This document shows, one piece after another, positions 9,925-20,438 of a stretch of DNA of 64,000 nucleotides. Under the pieces are notes generated by a model, which did no database searches, was not told the origin of the DNA, and worked only from the letters and a program-made list of their open reading frames with translations. A program made the position numbers and the translations under genes. Each line of letters opens with the position of its first letter. Within the stretch, counting starts at the first letter, position 1. Source of the DNA: Leptonemataceae bacterium (GTDB taxonomy: Bacteria; Spirochaetota; Leptospiria; Leptospirales; Leptonemataceae); assembly GCA_965227295.1 (NCBI GenBank), contig OZ245742.1, positions 4,800,001 to 4,864,000 on the forward strand, given 5' to 3'.

Positions 9925-12195
9925 CTAAGAAATTTCCTTTCTCCGCGTAGTGTTTACAAACAAGATGTTACCGATCGCATCATAACCCTCGAAGAACTCC
10001 GTGTTCTTCTTATGCTTGAGCAACTCCCCGCGAAAACCCACGACCGTCAAATCCGCGTCGCCGGAGTGTTCGTTCACGATGTCCTTCGCGGAACGGTCCT
10101 CATCGTGATCCCGCGGAATCAACGTAATGTGCGACGGCGAAATCGGCAGACGGCCCTGGCGTACCAGTTGAGTGAGTCGCTCGCGCTCTTCGCTCATGCG
10201 CTCCGGCGGAGTAATGTAACGAATCTTAATGACGCCGTTTCGCCAGTCCGGGTGGCCCAGGATGATGTAAGCGAGCAGAATCATGAGGTTGGCGTTTTCG
10301 TAGTCGGCCTCGGTGATCCAGACATGGATGTCCCGGTGGTAGCCGAACTTACGCGGCGACGATCCCAGAATGAGAATGTCGAAGTCCGTCGCGTTGATGA
10401 GCTGGTAGTTCGTGATGACGTCTTCGAGCTGGGACGGGTCCTCCTTCGGATACTCAAACAACGTCATGTTGTTGTCTTTGCCGGAGACACCCGGGAGCTG
10501 CAAAATCTGCGCGACGGCGGTGGTGTACGAGGGCGAAACGATCGTATCAAAGAATACGTTGCTTTTTGAAATATTCGCAATGCGCACCAGGCGCGCCAGG
10601 GCGTCGTCGGCGGCCAGGCGCGTGGAACGCGAGAGATAACCGCGGATCAGGTGAATGTACGTCCCGAAACCGTAGGTGTGCGAAATCCAGCGCAGAAGAT
10701 CGAAGGCGTCGAAACGTTCGAAGGAACGCTCCGAAAGGCAGACCACCGCCGGCCGCCAGTTGTCGCGATTCTCGTCCGGCTCCTCGTCCTGCGTGGACTT
10801 TTGCAAAAACACCTGCAAACGCCGGGAAACCTGGAAGATGACGCCCTGGAAAATGTTGGCGATGCCGCGCATGCCTGGATTCGCGTGGGTGATGGCCGCG
10901 TGAATCAACACGCTCACCACCAGCGATACCAGGGCGAAGGCAGCCTGGATCTGGAACATCAACCAGAAGCACAGGATCGCGCTGAAGAGCGAAATGTACC
11001 AACGCGACTGAAACGTGGGCCGGTACGACGGGTCCGCCGCGAAGTGTTCCATAAAAGAGACTAAACACAACGAACCGTACGTTAACATGAAAAACATGGT
11101 GATGATGCCGGCGACGAAGTCGACGTCGCCGATGACGATGAACACCATGGCCACGGCGAACGTGAGTACGAGGGCGTTGCGCGGTTCGTTGTTCCCGCGA
11201 TGCACTTGAGCCAGGGATCGGTTTACCGACGGGTTCACGAAGATTTTGTCGAGGGCCATGGCCTGCAACGTACGCGGCGCCGTCATGATCGCGCCCAGTG
11301 CCGATGAAAGCGTGGCGCACGCGAGGCCGGCCGGGATGATCGGCCCCCACAGCGCGATCTGACTCATGATCAACTGATCGCCGGCCAGTTCTTCGGGCGT
11401 GGCGGACAGCGCGAGTTTCACCGGCACCGCGAGGTAGACGATCATGCCCAGTACCGTCGCGGCGAGCGTGCCCACGGGAATCGCGCGGCCGGGATTCTCG
11501 AGATCGCCGGAAAGGCCGACCCCCGCCGTCATGCCGGTGAACGCCGGGAAGATGATGGCAAAGACCACGAAGAACGAATCCGGGTCGGAGATGCGCCGGT
11601 ACAGTACCTCGTTGAACGCCGTCGTCGACTGCGCCCCCGCAACGGAATCCAGCGGCTGCCCCATGAAGAACAACAGCAACGATGCGAAGAGCACCGCAAT
11701 AATGAAATACAACAGCACCGCCCCGGTCTTTACGCCGCGAAAGTACAACAAAAGAAAGAGCAATACCAGCCCCGGCCCGCTGATCCAGCGCGGGTCCGTA
11801 ACGGCGTAACCAAAGGTTTCTTCAACGTAAGCTAAGAGCGGGACAAAGGCCTCCGCGAAGGCGATCATGTAGAACGCCACCGAGATGGCCCGCGCCAGGT
11901 ACAGCCCCAGGCCGATGGACGCGCCGATGGGAATGCCGAACGATCGCGATACGATGTAGTACTCGCCGCCGCCCTCCACGCGCTGGTTCGTGGCGATTTC
12001 GGCGATGGCCATGGCCGTGGGAATCGTAACGAGGTGACCCAGGATGACGATGGCCCAGGTTTCCAGCAAACCGACGTGCCCCACGGCGTAACCGAAGCGC
12101 AGGAACATGATCGCTCCCAGGATCGTCGTGAAGGCGGTGAGAAATACCGCCGCGACTCCCAGGGATTGCGAAGGGGCTTTGTGTGTACTTACCAA
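9925..12195 (-). CDS. cation-chloride cotransporter (SLC12/CCC)-like APC-superfamily permease
   Basis: ILGAIMFLRFG, GGGEYYIVSRSFG, FPAFTGMTAG, SGDLENP, PSYRPTF and NWRP motifs; large cytoplasmic C-terminal domain. Confidence 0.85.
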   Translation of the reverse strand: MVSTHKAPSQSLGVAAVFLTAFTTILGAIMFLRFGYAVGHVGLLETWAIVILGHLVTIPTAMAIAEIATNQRVEGGGEYYIVSRSFGIPIGASIGLGLYLARAISVAFYMIAFAEAFVPLLAYVEETFGYAVTDPRWISGPGLVLLFLLLYFRGVKTGAVLLYFIIAVLFASLLLFFMGQPLDSVAGAQSTTAFNEVLYRRISDPDSFFVVFAIIFPAFTGMTAGVGLSGDLENPGRAIPVGTLAATVLGMIVYLAVPVKLALSATPEELAGDQLIMSQIALWGPIIPAGLACATLSSALGAIMTAPRTLQAMALDKIFVNPSVNRSLAQVHRGNNEPRNALVLTFAVAMVFIVIGDVDFVAGIITMFFMLTYGSLCLVSFMEHFAADPSYRPTFQSRWYISLFSAILCFWLMFQIQAAFALVSLVVSVLIHAAITHANPGMRGIANIFQGVIFQVSRRLQVFLQKSTQDEEPDENRDNWRPAVVCLSERSFERFDAFDLLRWISHTYGFGTYIHLIRGYLSRSTRLAADDALARLVRIANISKSNVFFDTIVSPSYTTAVAQILQLPGVSGKDNNMTLFEYPKEDPSQLEDVITNYQLINATDFDILILGSSPRKFGYHRDIHVWITEADYENANLMILLAYIILGHPDWRNGVIKIRYITPPERMSEERERLTQLVRQGRLPISPSHITLIPRDHDEDRSAKDIVNEHSGDADLTVVGFRGELLKHKKNTEFFEGYDAIGNILFVNTTRRKEIS

Positions 12196-12228
12196 ACCTG
12201 CGTAGACTCGAACGGTGCCGGGCGGCGG

Positions 12229-12567
12229 TCAAGACGATTTAGCAATGCCGCGACGACGTTCCTGCCGGCGATAGGCCAGTTGCATGAGCAAATGCGAAGC
12301 CACCGGAATCGTAACAAATTGAAAAAAGATCGCGACGAAAATCTTGAGCCCCGCGACCTGCGGCGTCGGCGCGGCCCACAGACCGATCAACAACAACGAG
12401 ATTCCGAGAGTCATGCCCTTGCCCACCGCGTGCGACCGTGTATAAAAATCAGGGAGGCGCGCCATACCGATGCACGACACGAGCATGACCAGGCTGCCGG
12501 TTAAGATTAAACCGGCCGTTACGTAATTCTGCAGGTCCGCCAGGAATAGATGGAGTTGCTCCTGCAT
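12229..12567 (-). CDS. mrpG: Mrp Na+/H+ antiporter subunit G
   Basis: IGMARLPDFYTRSHA motif; operon position. Confidence 0.9.
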   Translation of the reverse strand: MQEQLHLFLADLQNYVTAGLILTGSLVMLVSCIGMARLPDFYTRSHAVGKGMTLGISLLLIGLWAAPTPQVAGLKIFVAIFFQFVTIPVASHLLMQLAYRRQERRRGIAKSS

Positions 12568-12568
12568 T

Positions 12569-12853
12569 CTACTCACCGCCCGCATCGTCGTCGAGATTTT
12601 CCCGGCTCAGGTAAAACACGAACGCCATCGTTCCAAAGAAACCCAGGGCCGCCTGCACCAGAATCAGTTCCACGAACACCGCGGACTCCCAGTAGAGGGA
12701 CAGCAGGACCACCATGGCCACGGCGCAAATCGCCAGGCACTCGAAGGCCATGATCCGGTCGGGAATGCCCGGGCCGCGCAACAGGCGAAACAACGCCAGC
12801 ACGATCGAAACCACCAGCATGCCGAAGCAAACATCGAGCAACAGGCCGCTCAT
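12569..12853 (-). CDS. mrpF: Mrp antiporter subunit F
   Basis: RLLRGPGIPDR motif; 94 aa; three TM helices. Confidence 0.9.
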   Translation of the reverse strand: MSGLLLDVCFGMLVVSIVLALFRLLRGPGIPDRIMAFECLAICAVAMVVLLSLYWESAVFVELILVQAALGFFGTMAFVFYLSRENLDDDAGGE

Positions 12854-13353
12854 GAAGATACCTCCTCCCGCAGCGCGGGACGTGTGAACGCCAGGATGCC
12901 GTCGCGAAACTTAAGCGTTATGTCCCGGCGTGCCGCGTCCGGGTCCGAGGAGTCGAACAGATGCAGGAGCAGCCGGCGAAAGTCCGCGTCGATCTCCACC
13001 GTGGTGGAACCGGGGGTCAGACTGATGACGTGCGAGAGCATCAGGATTTCCGCCGGCGACAGTCCTTCCACGTCGTAGTGAATCATGCCGGGCCGCATGC
13101 GGGACGCGGGTTTCGTGAGCACCAGGACGGTCACGTTCCAGTTCGCGAGCAGATACTCCTTAAGAAATACAAAAACGAACTTAACGAAAGCCAGGCTGCG
13201 CCTCACGTACTCCCGGCAATCCAGGACGTCCCGAAAGAGCGCCATCATTGCAAAGCCGATGCCGAATCCGAAAACGAAGTCCACGATCTGCGCCCCTGGA
13301 ATCAAGAAGAGCCAGAAAACGGCGATCAGAATGTTCATGGCGAAGGCTTTCAC
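12850..13353 (-). CDS. mrpE: Mrp antiporter subunit E
   Basis: ISLTPGSTTV motif; overlapping start and stop with neighbours. Confidence 0.9.
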   Translation of the reverse strand: MKAFAMNILIAVFWLFLIPGAQIVDFVFGFGIGFAMMALFRDVLDCREYVRRSLAFVKFVFVFLKEYLLANWNVTVLVLTKPASRMRPGMIHYDVEGLSPAEILMLSHVISLTPGSTTVEIDADFRRLLLHLFDSSDPDAARRDITLKFRDGILAFTRPALREEVSS

Positions 13354-14930
13354 GGTTCATCCTCCTTGCTCCCGGACGGCGCTTTCACGGACCGCATTTT
13401 GTCGAGAGAATACTTCTTGTCCGCGGAGGCCGACGCCAGGTGCACCGCCCGCACGTAGCTGTCGCGCTGGATCAACTGGGCGGCCGCGCGGTCCGCGCGT
13501 TCGAAGACCGGTCCGGCGCCGAGGCCGATGCACAGCGAAATCGTCACCAGCACTCCGGCGACGGCGGTCATGGACTTCCAGCGTCCGTCCTCGACGCGCA
13601 GTTGGGCCCGGGGATTCTCGTTCCAGAACGCGGCGTTCCAGATTTTGATCATGCTGTACAGAGTCAGAATACTCGCCAGCACCGACACGGCCGTAAGAAA
13701 GTACCAACCGTTGCCCAGGCCTTCCACGATGATCAGATACTTGCCCCAGAAACCGCTGAGCGGCGGGATGCCGGCGAGGGACAGCGCCTGGATCAAGAAC
13801 ACCAACCCCGCGAGCGGCGCCGCCTTCCAGATGCCGCCCATGTCCGCGAGATTATCGGTACGGTTCAGCGTCGCCACGATGCCCGCCGACAAAAAGAGCG
13901 TCGATTTCACGACGATGTGATGCACGATGTAAAAGATCGCGGCGGTGAAGGCCAGCTCCGTTCCGATGCCGATCGCAAACAGCATAAAGCCGATCTGCGA
14001 AATGATGTGAAACGATAAGATGCCGCGCATGCTCTCCCGGGATACGGCGCCGAGAACTCCGAAGAGCATCGTCGCGCCGGCGAGGTACGCAAGCACCGTC
14101 TGCAACTCCGGATGACCGCCGGGTACGATGGTCCCGAAGAGCCGCAGAAAGGCGTAGACGCCGACCTTGGTGAGCATGCCCGAATAGAGCGCGGATACCG
14201 CCGACGGCAGAATCGGATACGTGGCGGGCAACCAGTAGTACAACGGAAAGAGACCCGACTTCACTCCGAAGACGATCATCAACAGCGCCGTAAGCAGCGT
14301 GAGTTCCGGCAGGGCGCCCAGTTCGAACCAACGCACGGAAATCTCCGCCAGGTTCAGCGTGCCGAACATGCCGTAACAATACCCCGCCGCCATGAGAAAG
14401 ATCGTACTGCCGAAGAGATTCAACGTAACGTACGGCAAGGCGAACTTAATGTCATGATCGTCGGCTTCCGCGGTAAGCAAAGCGTACGAGGCGAGCAGCA
14501 TCACCTCGAAAGCGACGAACAGATTGAACAGGTCCCCCGTTACAAAGGCGAGCTGAATGCCGGTTACATGAAACTGCACCAGCGGCAACCGCAGCGGGTG
14601 TTCGCGCTCCGCCGGCGACGTCACGAAACCGAAGACCAGCGACGCGAGGGCCGTGAGCGCTCCCAGGGCGAGCATGATCGCCGAGAGGCCGTCCACAACG
14701 AGGGCGATGCCGAAGCGCGCCGCCCAGTCGCCGGGTACGAGGGCGAACACCGTCGCGTGTTCCGGGCTTGCCGTCGTCGCATAGACGAAGGCACAGGCCA
14801 CCCCGAGCTGGGCGACGGCGGACAACAGTACAAAGCGACGCCGCCAGGGCGACGGGCGACCGAGCAACAGGGCCGCGCCGGCCGTAACGAACGGCAGCAG
14901 GACCGGAAGAACTGTGAGGTTGGAATTCAC
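13350..14930 (-). CDS. mrpD: Mrp antiporter subunit D
   Basis: GDLFNLFVAFEVML, KSGLFPLYYWLP and AGIPPLSGFWGK motifs; GTG start overlapping the mrpC stop. Confidence 0.9.
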   Translation of the reverse strand: MNSNLTVLPVLLPFVTAGAALLLGRPSPWRRRFVLLSAVAQLGVACAFVYATTASPEHATVFALVPGDWAARFGIALVVDGLSAIMLALGALTALASLVFGFVTSPAEREHPLRLPLVQFHVTGIQLAFVTGDLFNLFVAFEVMLLASYALLTAEADDHDIKFALPYVTLNLFGSTIFLMAAGYCYGMFGTLNLAEISVRWFELGALPELTLLTALLMIVFGVKSGLFPLYYWLPATYPILPSAVSALYSGMLTKVGVYAFLRLFGTIVPGGHPELQTVLAYLAGATMLFGVLGAVSRESMRGILSFHIISQIGFMLFAIGIGTELAFTAAIFYIVHHIVVKSTLFLSAGIVATLNRTDNLADMGGIWKAAPLAGLVFLIQALSLAGIPPLSGFWGKYLIIVEGLGNGWYFLTAVSVLASILTLYSMIKIWNAAFWNENPRAQLRVEDGRWKSMTAVAGVLVTISLCIGLGAGPVFERADRAAAQLIQRDSYVRAVHLASASADKKYSLDKMRSVKAPSGSKEDEP

Positions 14931-15301
14931 GACGACTGTTGCTCCGAATCCTCCGCATCCCGGTCGCGCGCGACGTCGTACAGATCTTCCGCGTTCGTCG
15001 CGCCGTAGTCCAGGAAGACCCGATACAAAAGAAAGATCATGTACGTGATCACGCCGAAGCCGATGACGATGGCCGTCAGGATCAAGGCCTGGGGCAGCGG
15101 GTCGACGTAGGCCGCCGTGTCCGCAAGCACCACCGGCGCGTCCCGGCCCTCCGGGGCGCCGGACATCGCGAGAATAAACAAATTGGCCGCGTTCGAAAGA
15201 ACGATGAATCCAAAGAGCACGCGCGCAAAGCTGCTCTCCATAATGAGATACAGGGCGCACGCGGCCAGGATGCCGATGAGAACAATGGTTACGATCTGCA
15301 T
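14927..15301 (-). CDS. mrpC: Mrp antiporter subunit C
   Basis: DPLPQALILTAIVI motif. Confidence 0.92.
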   Translation of the reverse strand: MQIVTIVLIGILAACALYLIMESSFARVLFGFIVLSNAANLFILAMSGAPEGRDAPVVLADTAAYVDPLPQALILTAIVIGFGVITYMIFLLYRVFLDYGATNAEDLYDVARDRDAEDSEQQSS

Positions 15302-15313
15302 AAGGGCTCCCCG

Positions 15314-18300
15314 CTATTCCACGGGCTCGTCTCCCGGCGCCGCGTACATGCGCTCTTCTTCGCTGACCAGGGCCGACAGCCCGGACGTGGACTTCGCCAG
15401 AACGAACAACACCTTGATGGACGCGCCCACCACGAGCAGGTAGACGCCGGCGTCGAACAACAGCGGCGTCCCCAGATACAGTTCGCCGATGAGCGGCACA
15501 TCCTTAAACTTAAAGTTGTACTGAGTTAAGAAAGCCGCGCCCGCGAACAGTGCCGGCAACCCCGCCGCCACGGCGACGAACAAACCCGCGGCGGCCACAC
15601 GCATGGGGTCCACGCGGATCACGGCGTGAAAACGTTCGAGGCCCATCGAAAAACTCAGCAACACCAGGCTCACCGCCGTCAGGAGCCCGCCGATGAAACC
15701 GCCGCCGGGAAAGTTGTGACCGCGCAGCAAAAGATAGATGCTGAAGATCAGCAGCGGGAAAAACAAAAACGATACGACCGTACGATAGATGTACGAGTTC
15801 AGTCGTTCGTCCGGCCGCGTCCGGGAAACCGATGGCACGGACTCGTTCGGCACGCCGGTGCGTCCGAAGCGGCGGCGCTGGTAGCGCATCACGAGACCGA
15901 GACAACCCAGGGCCGCAATCAGAAAGACGCCGACTTCGAGCAACGTATCGAAGCCGCGGAAGTCCACCAGGATCGTGTTCACCGCGTTGGTCCCGGCCGC
16001 CGCGCTCACCGTGTTGTCGATGTAGTATTCCCCGGCCCGCTGCGCCCCATCCTCCAGCGGCGGCGCGCCGTCACGATAATTCACGGCGGTCCAGGCCAGG
16101 AGCGAGACCAGCACCCCGAAGCCGGCGGACACCGCGATCTGCAAAAAGCGACGCGGCGTAAACGCACCACGCATAGCTTCGCCGCGCTGGGCCTGCCCGG
16201 GAAAACGCGCGAGCAAGAGCAACGTAAGAATCAGCGTCACCGCTTCCACCAGGAGTTGCGTCAGCGCCAGGTCCGGTGCGCGATACAGAACGAAATAGAA
16301 CGTCACCAGGAAACCCGCGCCGGCGAGGGCGATCAATTGAATGATCCAACGATACGTCAACGTCACCGTGAGCACGAAGGCCGCGATGAGAACCGCGACG
16401 AATGCACGCAGTGAAGTTTCGCCGTTCAAATCCGTATGCAGGCGATCGTAGAACTGCGCCGGGTCCGGCCACAATCGGCTGAGTTCAGGGAACAGGAGCC
16501 AGAAGATTCCGCCGCCGAAGAGCACCGTAAACGCCGCGATGATCGGCAGGAATCGAAAGGGCCGATGCGATTGCAGGAGGTCCGTAAGGTGGCCGGCGAA
16601 ACGCGGCAGCCCGTTCAGGAGCCGGTCCGCGGCGTAATCAAAGCGCAGAAAATCCGGAATCGTTGCGAAAGACCAGCGCAGTGATCGCGCGAGCACGTAC
16701 AGCCCGGCCCCGGCCAGGATCGCGGAGAGACTCAGCAGCAGCTCCAGATTGAGGCCGTGCCATAACTTCAGCGGACCGGCAGTTAAGTCGGTCACGTCCG
16801 GAACCGCGAGGGCGTATTGAATCTTACCGAACGTTTTCGAAAACACGCCGGCCGACACGGCGGCCAGGGCGAGCAACAACGGCGGAAGCTGCAGCACAAA
16901 ACCCGGCGCATGGTACGAACCTTCGTTGAACTTACGCGCGAGCTCCGGCGCCGCCCGGCCGCCGAAGATCTCGAAGACCAGGCGGGCCGAGAACGCGACC
17001 TTCAAAATCGAAACAAACAACACCGCCGCCAGCGGAGCGTAACCGAGCGCCCCGCCACCCGCGGCGTAGGCCAGGGTATCGGTGAGCAACATCTCTTTGC
17101 TCAAGAAACCCACCGTCGGCGGAAAACCGGCCATGGCCGCGGCGGCCAGGGCGCAACTGAGCGCCGTAAGCGGCATGCGTCGCCACAGCCCGCCGAGTTG
17201 TCGGATGTCTTTGATGCCCGTCGCGTGGTCGACGATGCCCACGACCATGAACAGGCAGCCTTTATAGAAAACATGATTCAGCACGTGCACGAAATCAAAA
17301 CGCGCGCTGGGATCGTCGCCGAGGCTGAGTCCGTAAAAGCCGATCAGATAACCCAACTGTGAGACCGTACTGTGAGCCAGGATCGCCTTGAGTTTGTGCG
17401 AAAGCAGCGCGAAGACGCCGCCGATGATCATCGTACCGAAGCCGATAGAAACGAGCACCGGCGACCACCAATCATGTTCCGCAAACGCGGCGAACACCCG
17501 GGCCGTTAAGAAGACGCCCAGCTTCACCATGGTCGCGGAATGCAGATAGGCGCTGACGGGCGTGGGCGCGGTCATGGCGTTGGGCAACCAGAAGTGAAAC
17601 GGAAACTGCGCGGACTTCGCGAAGGCGCCGATCATGATCAACACGAAGGCCGCGGAAAAAAGCTGCTGCTGTTCGGCGGAGCGTACGTACTCGGCTTTGA
17701 AGATTTCGGAAAACTCGAGGGAACCACTCACCTGGGCGAACAACACCAATCCGGCGAGCAACGCCAGGCCGCCCGAGGCCGTGGTCACGAGGGCCATGCG
17801 CGCGCCGCGCCGGGACTCCGCGTCGCCGTGCAAAAATCCGATCAGCAAAAACGAAGCAAGACCGGTAAGCTCCCAGAATACGAAGAGCAGAATCAGGTTA
17901 TTCGAAAAGACCGCGCCGAGCATGGCGCCCATGAAAACCGTAAGGTACGCAAAAAAGCGGTTACGGTGTTCGTAGTGCTCGTCCAGATACTCCGAAGCGT
18001 AGAGAAAAACCAGAACGCCCGCACACGAGACGATGAGGCCGTAAAACAACGACAGGCCGTCCACCAGAAACGAAAGGTTGATGCCGACACTGCCCGACGG
18101 GCCGCTTATGGCTGAAATCCAGGGCCAGGCGAACACCAAACGGCCGCCGGGATACGCAAAGAACGCGAGGTATACGATGCAGCCCGCCGACACAAGCGGA
18201 ACGAGAACGGCCAGTCGACCGAGCAGGAGCCCGCGACGCAGGGACGCATGCGCTCCAACAACGGCAAGCAACGGCGCCGCAACAAACGGCGCAAAGACGG

Positions 18301-18346
18301 CACACAGGAGCACGTAATCCATAGAAAGCGGCGGAGATTCAGTCAT
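15314..18346 (-). CDS. mrpA: Mrp antiporter fused subunit A/B
   Basis: KSAQFPFHFWLPNAM and NTILVDFRGFDTLLE motifs, with C-terminal MrpB domain RGHNFPGGGFIGGL. Confidence 0.93.
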   Translation of the reverse strand: MTESPPLSMDYVLLCAVFAPFVAAPLLAVVGAHASLRRGLLLGRLAVLVPLVSAGCIVYLAFFAYPGGRLVFAWPWISAISGPSGSVGINLSFLVDGLSLFYGLIVSCAGVLVFLYASEYLDEHYEHRNRFFAYLTVFMGAMLGAVFSNNLILLFVFWELTGLASFLLIGFLHGDAESRRGARMALVTTASGGLALLAGLVLFAQVSGSLEFSEIFKAEYVRSAEQQQLFSAAFVLIMIGAFAKSAQFPFHFWLPNAMTAPTPVSAYLHSATMVKLGVFLTARVFAAFAEHDWWSPVLVSIGFGTMIIGGVFALLSHKLKAILAHSTVSQLGYLIGFYGLSLGDDPSARFDFVHVLNHVFYKGCLFMVVGIVDHATGIKDIRQLGGLWRRMPLTALSCALAAAAMAGFPPTVGFLSKEMLLTDTLAYAAGGGALGYAPLAAVLFVSILKVAFSARLVFEIFGGRAAPELARKFNEGSYHAPGFVLQLPPLLLALAAVSAGVFSKTFGKIQYALAVPDVTDLTAGPLKLWHGLNLELLLSLSAILAGAGLYVLARSLRWSFATIPDFLRFDYAADRLLNGLPRFAGHLTDLLQSHRPFRFLPIIAAFTVLFGGGIFWLLFPELSRLWPDPAQFYDRLHTDLNGETSLRAFVAVLIAAFVLTVTLTYRWIIQLIALAGAGFLVTFYFVLYRAPDLALTQLLVEAVTLILTLLLLARFPGQAQRGEAMRGAFTPRRFLQIAVSAGFGVLVSLLAWTAVNYRDGAPPLEDGAQRAGEYYIDNTVSAAAGTNAVNTILVDFRGFDTLLEVGVFLIAALGCLGLVMRYQRRRFGRTGVPNESVPSVSRTRPDERLNSYIYRTVVSFLFFPLLIFSIYLLLRGHNFPGGGFIGGLLTAVSLVLLSFSMGLERFHAVIRVDPMRVAAAGLFVAVAAGLPALFAGAAFLTQYNFKFKDVPLIGELYLGTPLLFDAGVYLLVVGASIKVLFVLAKSTSGLSALVSEEERMYAAPGDEPVE

Positions 18347-18494
18347 AGATAGTCAGCACCCTGGACGATGCCCACAAGAAATCCGCGGAACGTGAAAGAC
18401 GTTCGAATCCGGCGCATCTTTATATTGGAAGAAACGACCTGTCATAATGTGCAAAAACCGTTGTAGTCCCTCGAACGTCGTGCGAACTGGCAGC

Positions 18495-19796
18495 ATGATG
18501 AGCTATGCCCGCCTGCATTCCCTGGTGCTCTGCCTGGCCGTCGGCCTCGCGGCGCCGGCTGCCTTTGCCCAGGACTCCGGCGACGGAAATCCGCCCGCCG
18601 CGCAAACAAACTCGACGGACCGCGTCCCGGTTCCGGAACCTTCGGACAAAGCCCTTGCGTACTATCACAGCGGGAACGTGCTCTACGTCGTAAACCTCCT
18701 CCTGGGATTCGTCTTGCCCGCGCTGTTTTTATTCACGGGCTGGTCCGCAAAGCTGCGGAACCTGGCGGGGCGTTTCGGTCGGAACTGGTTTTTAACGATC
18801 GCACTCTACTACGTAATGTTCACCGGATTGATCTTTGTGATCGAGCTGCCCCTCGCCTACTACCAGGGGTTTCTCCGGCCCCACGCCTACGATCTTTCCA
18901 ATCAGACGTTTGCGAAGTGGGCCGCCGATACGTTCAAGTCCCTGGGCGTCGGCACGCTGACCGGGGTGCTCACGATCTGGGTACCGTACCTGCTGCTCGC
19001 CCGCTCACCGAAACGCTGGTGGCTCTATACGTCCCTGGCCGCGGCGCCGTTTTACGCGCTCATGCTTTTTATTACGCCGCTCTGGATTTCGCCGCTCTTC
19101 AACGACTTCGGCCCCATGCAAAACAAAGAACTCGAAGCGAAGATCCTCGAACTCGCCGATCGTTCCGACATCGAAGGCGCGCGCGTCTTTGAAGTGGAGA
19201 AGAGCGTCGACACGAAAACCGTGAACGCCTACGTCACGGGCATCGGCGATACGAAACGCATCGTTCTCTGGGACACGTTGATCGCGCGCCTGGACGAAGA
19301 CGAGGTGCTGTTCGTCATGGGGCACGAGATGGGCCACTACGTCCTCGGCCACGTCTATTACATGATGCTGCTCTTGTCGGCGGGTACCTTCGGGGCCCTC
19401 TTTCTCGCGGATCGTCTGGCCCGTTACGTCTTCGCGCGCGGCGGGGATCGCATGAACGTCCGGGAACTCGCCGACATCGCTTCGCTCCCGCTCTTAATGT
19501 TACTTGTGCAGATGTTATCGCTCTTCGCCACGCCGGCGCTATTGGCCTACTCCCGCTACAACGAACACGAGTCGGATCGATTCGGCCTTGAGCTCACGCA
19601 GAACAACCGCGCCTGCGCCCAGGCCTTCGCGAAGTTGCAGGAGCAGAATCTGGCGAATCCCCGCCCCGGTCCGCTGTACAAATTCATGCGCGCGGGACAT
19701 CCGCCGCTCGGCGAGCGCATCGATTACTGCAACGACTACCGGCCGTGGGAAACCGGCGAGCCCCTGGTGTACGGGAAGTTGTTCAGCGATCCGTAG
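18495..19796 (+). CDS. M48 (Ste24/HtpX-like) zinc metallopeptidase
   Basis: Signal peptide, TM segments, NAYVTG, HEMGH and EHESD motifs. Confidence 0.9.
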   Translation: MMSYARLHSLVLCLAVGLAAPAAFAQDSGDGNPPAAQTNSTDRVPVPEPSDKALAYYHSGNVLYVVNLLLGFVLPALFLFTGWSAKLRNLAGRFGRNWFLTIALYYVMFTGLIFVIELPLAYYQGFLRPHAYDLSNQTFAKWAADTFKSLGVGTLTGVLTIWVPYLLLARSPKRWWLYTSLAAAPFYALMLFITPLWISPLFNDFGPMQNKELEAKILELADRSDIEGARVFEVEKSVDTKTVNAYVTGIGDTKRIVLWDTLIARLDEDEVLFVMGHEMGHYVLGHVYYMMLLLSAGTFGALFLADRLARYVFARGGDRMNVRELADIASLPLLMLLVQMLSLFATPALLAYSRYNEHESDRFGLELTQNNRACAQAFAKLQEQNLANPRPGPLYKFMRAGHPPLGERIDYCNDYRPWETGEPLVYGKLFSDP

Positions 19797-19870
19797 TTCG
19801 GAAAGCGCAGCGCCGACACGGCGTTCATTTTTCTGCATGATTTTTGCACGTTCCCGTGCGGAACTGACCC

Positions 19871-20428
19871 ATGCGGAAGACCCACCGTCTCACCATCATC
19901 CTGCTCGGCCTCGCCCTCGCCGCCGGGCTGCCTGCGGCCCCCGTAACCACGCTGGCGCAAATCCGTTCGGCCTACTCCGCCGTCAATACGCGCATCAAAG
20001 CCGGCGAACTATTTACGGTAACGGCGACGATCGATCGCGTGCTTCGCGGGAGCGGGGCGCAGAAGGTCGAGATGCGCTTCTACTACGAAGACAAACTCGA
20101 CGGCGAACTGGCGCCGGAGACGTATCCGCTGTTGCACAAGATCACGGTCCGCTTCAACGTCGCCGCGCCGGAATCGTACCGTGAGTATGTCTTCGTGAAC
20201 AACAGCCCGGTCTTCGCGTACTACAAGGACGAACTCGACGAAAGCGAACGCCGCTTTTACTTTCGGTACAACAAACAACTGCTGCACATCAAACGAACCG
20301 TGGCGACGGCTACCGAAGACCGTTCCGAAAATTTTACGAAACAGGAACTCACCGAAGCAAAGGCGGTGCTGTCCGACATCGGCGATTATCGCAAGGTGTT
20401 TGCGCGCATTCTACAATCGGCGAGATGA
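19871..20428 (+). CDS. hypothetical exported protein
   Basis: 185-aa ORF with a signal-peptide-like N-terminus. Confidence 0.7.
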   Translation: MRKTHRLTIILLGLALAAGLPAAPVTTLAQIRSAYSAVNTRIKAGELFTVTATIDRVLRGSGAQKVEMRFYYEDKLDGELAPETYPLLHKITVRFNVAAPESYREYVFVNNSPVFAYYKDELDESERRFYFRYNKQLLHIKRTVATATEDRSENFTKQELTEAKAVLSDIGDYRKVFARILQSAR

Positions 20429-20438
20429 TCGTCCGCCG

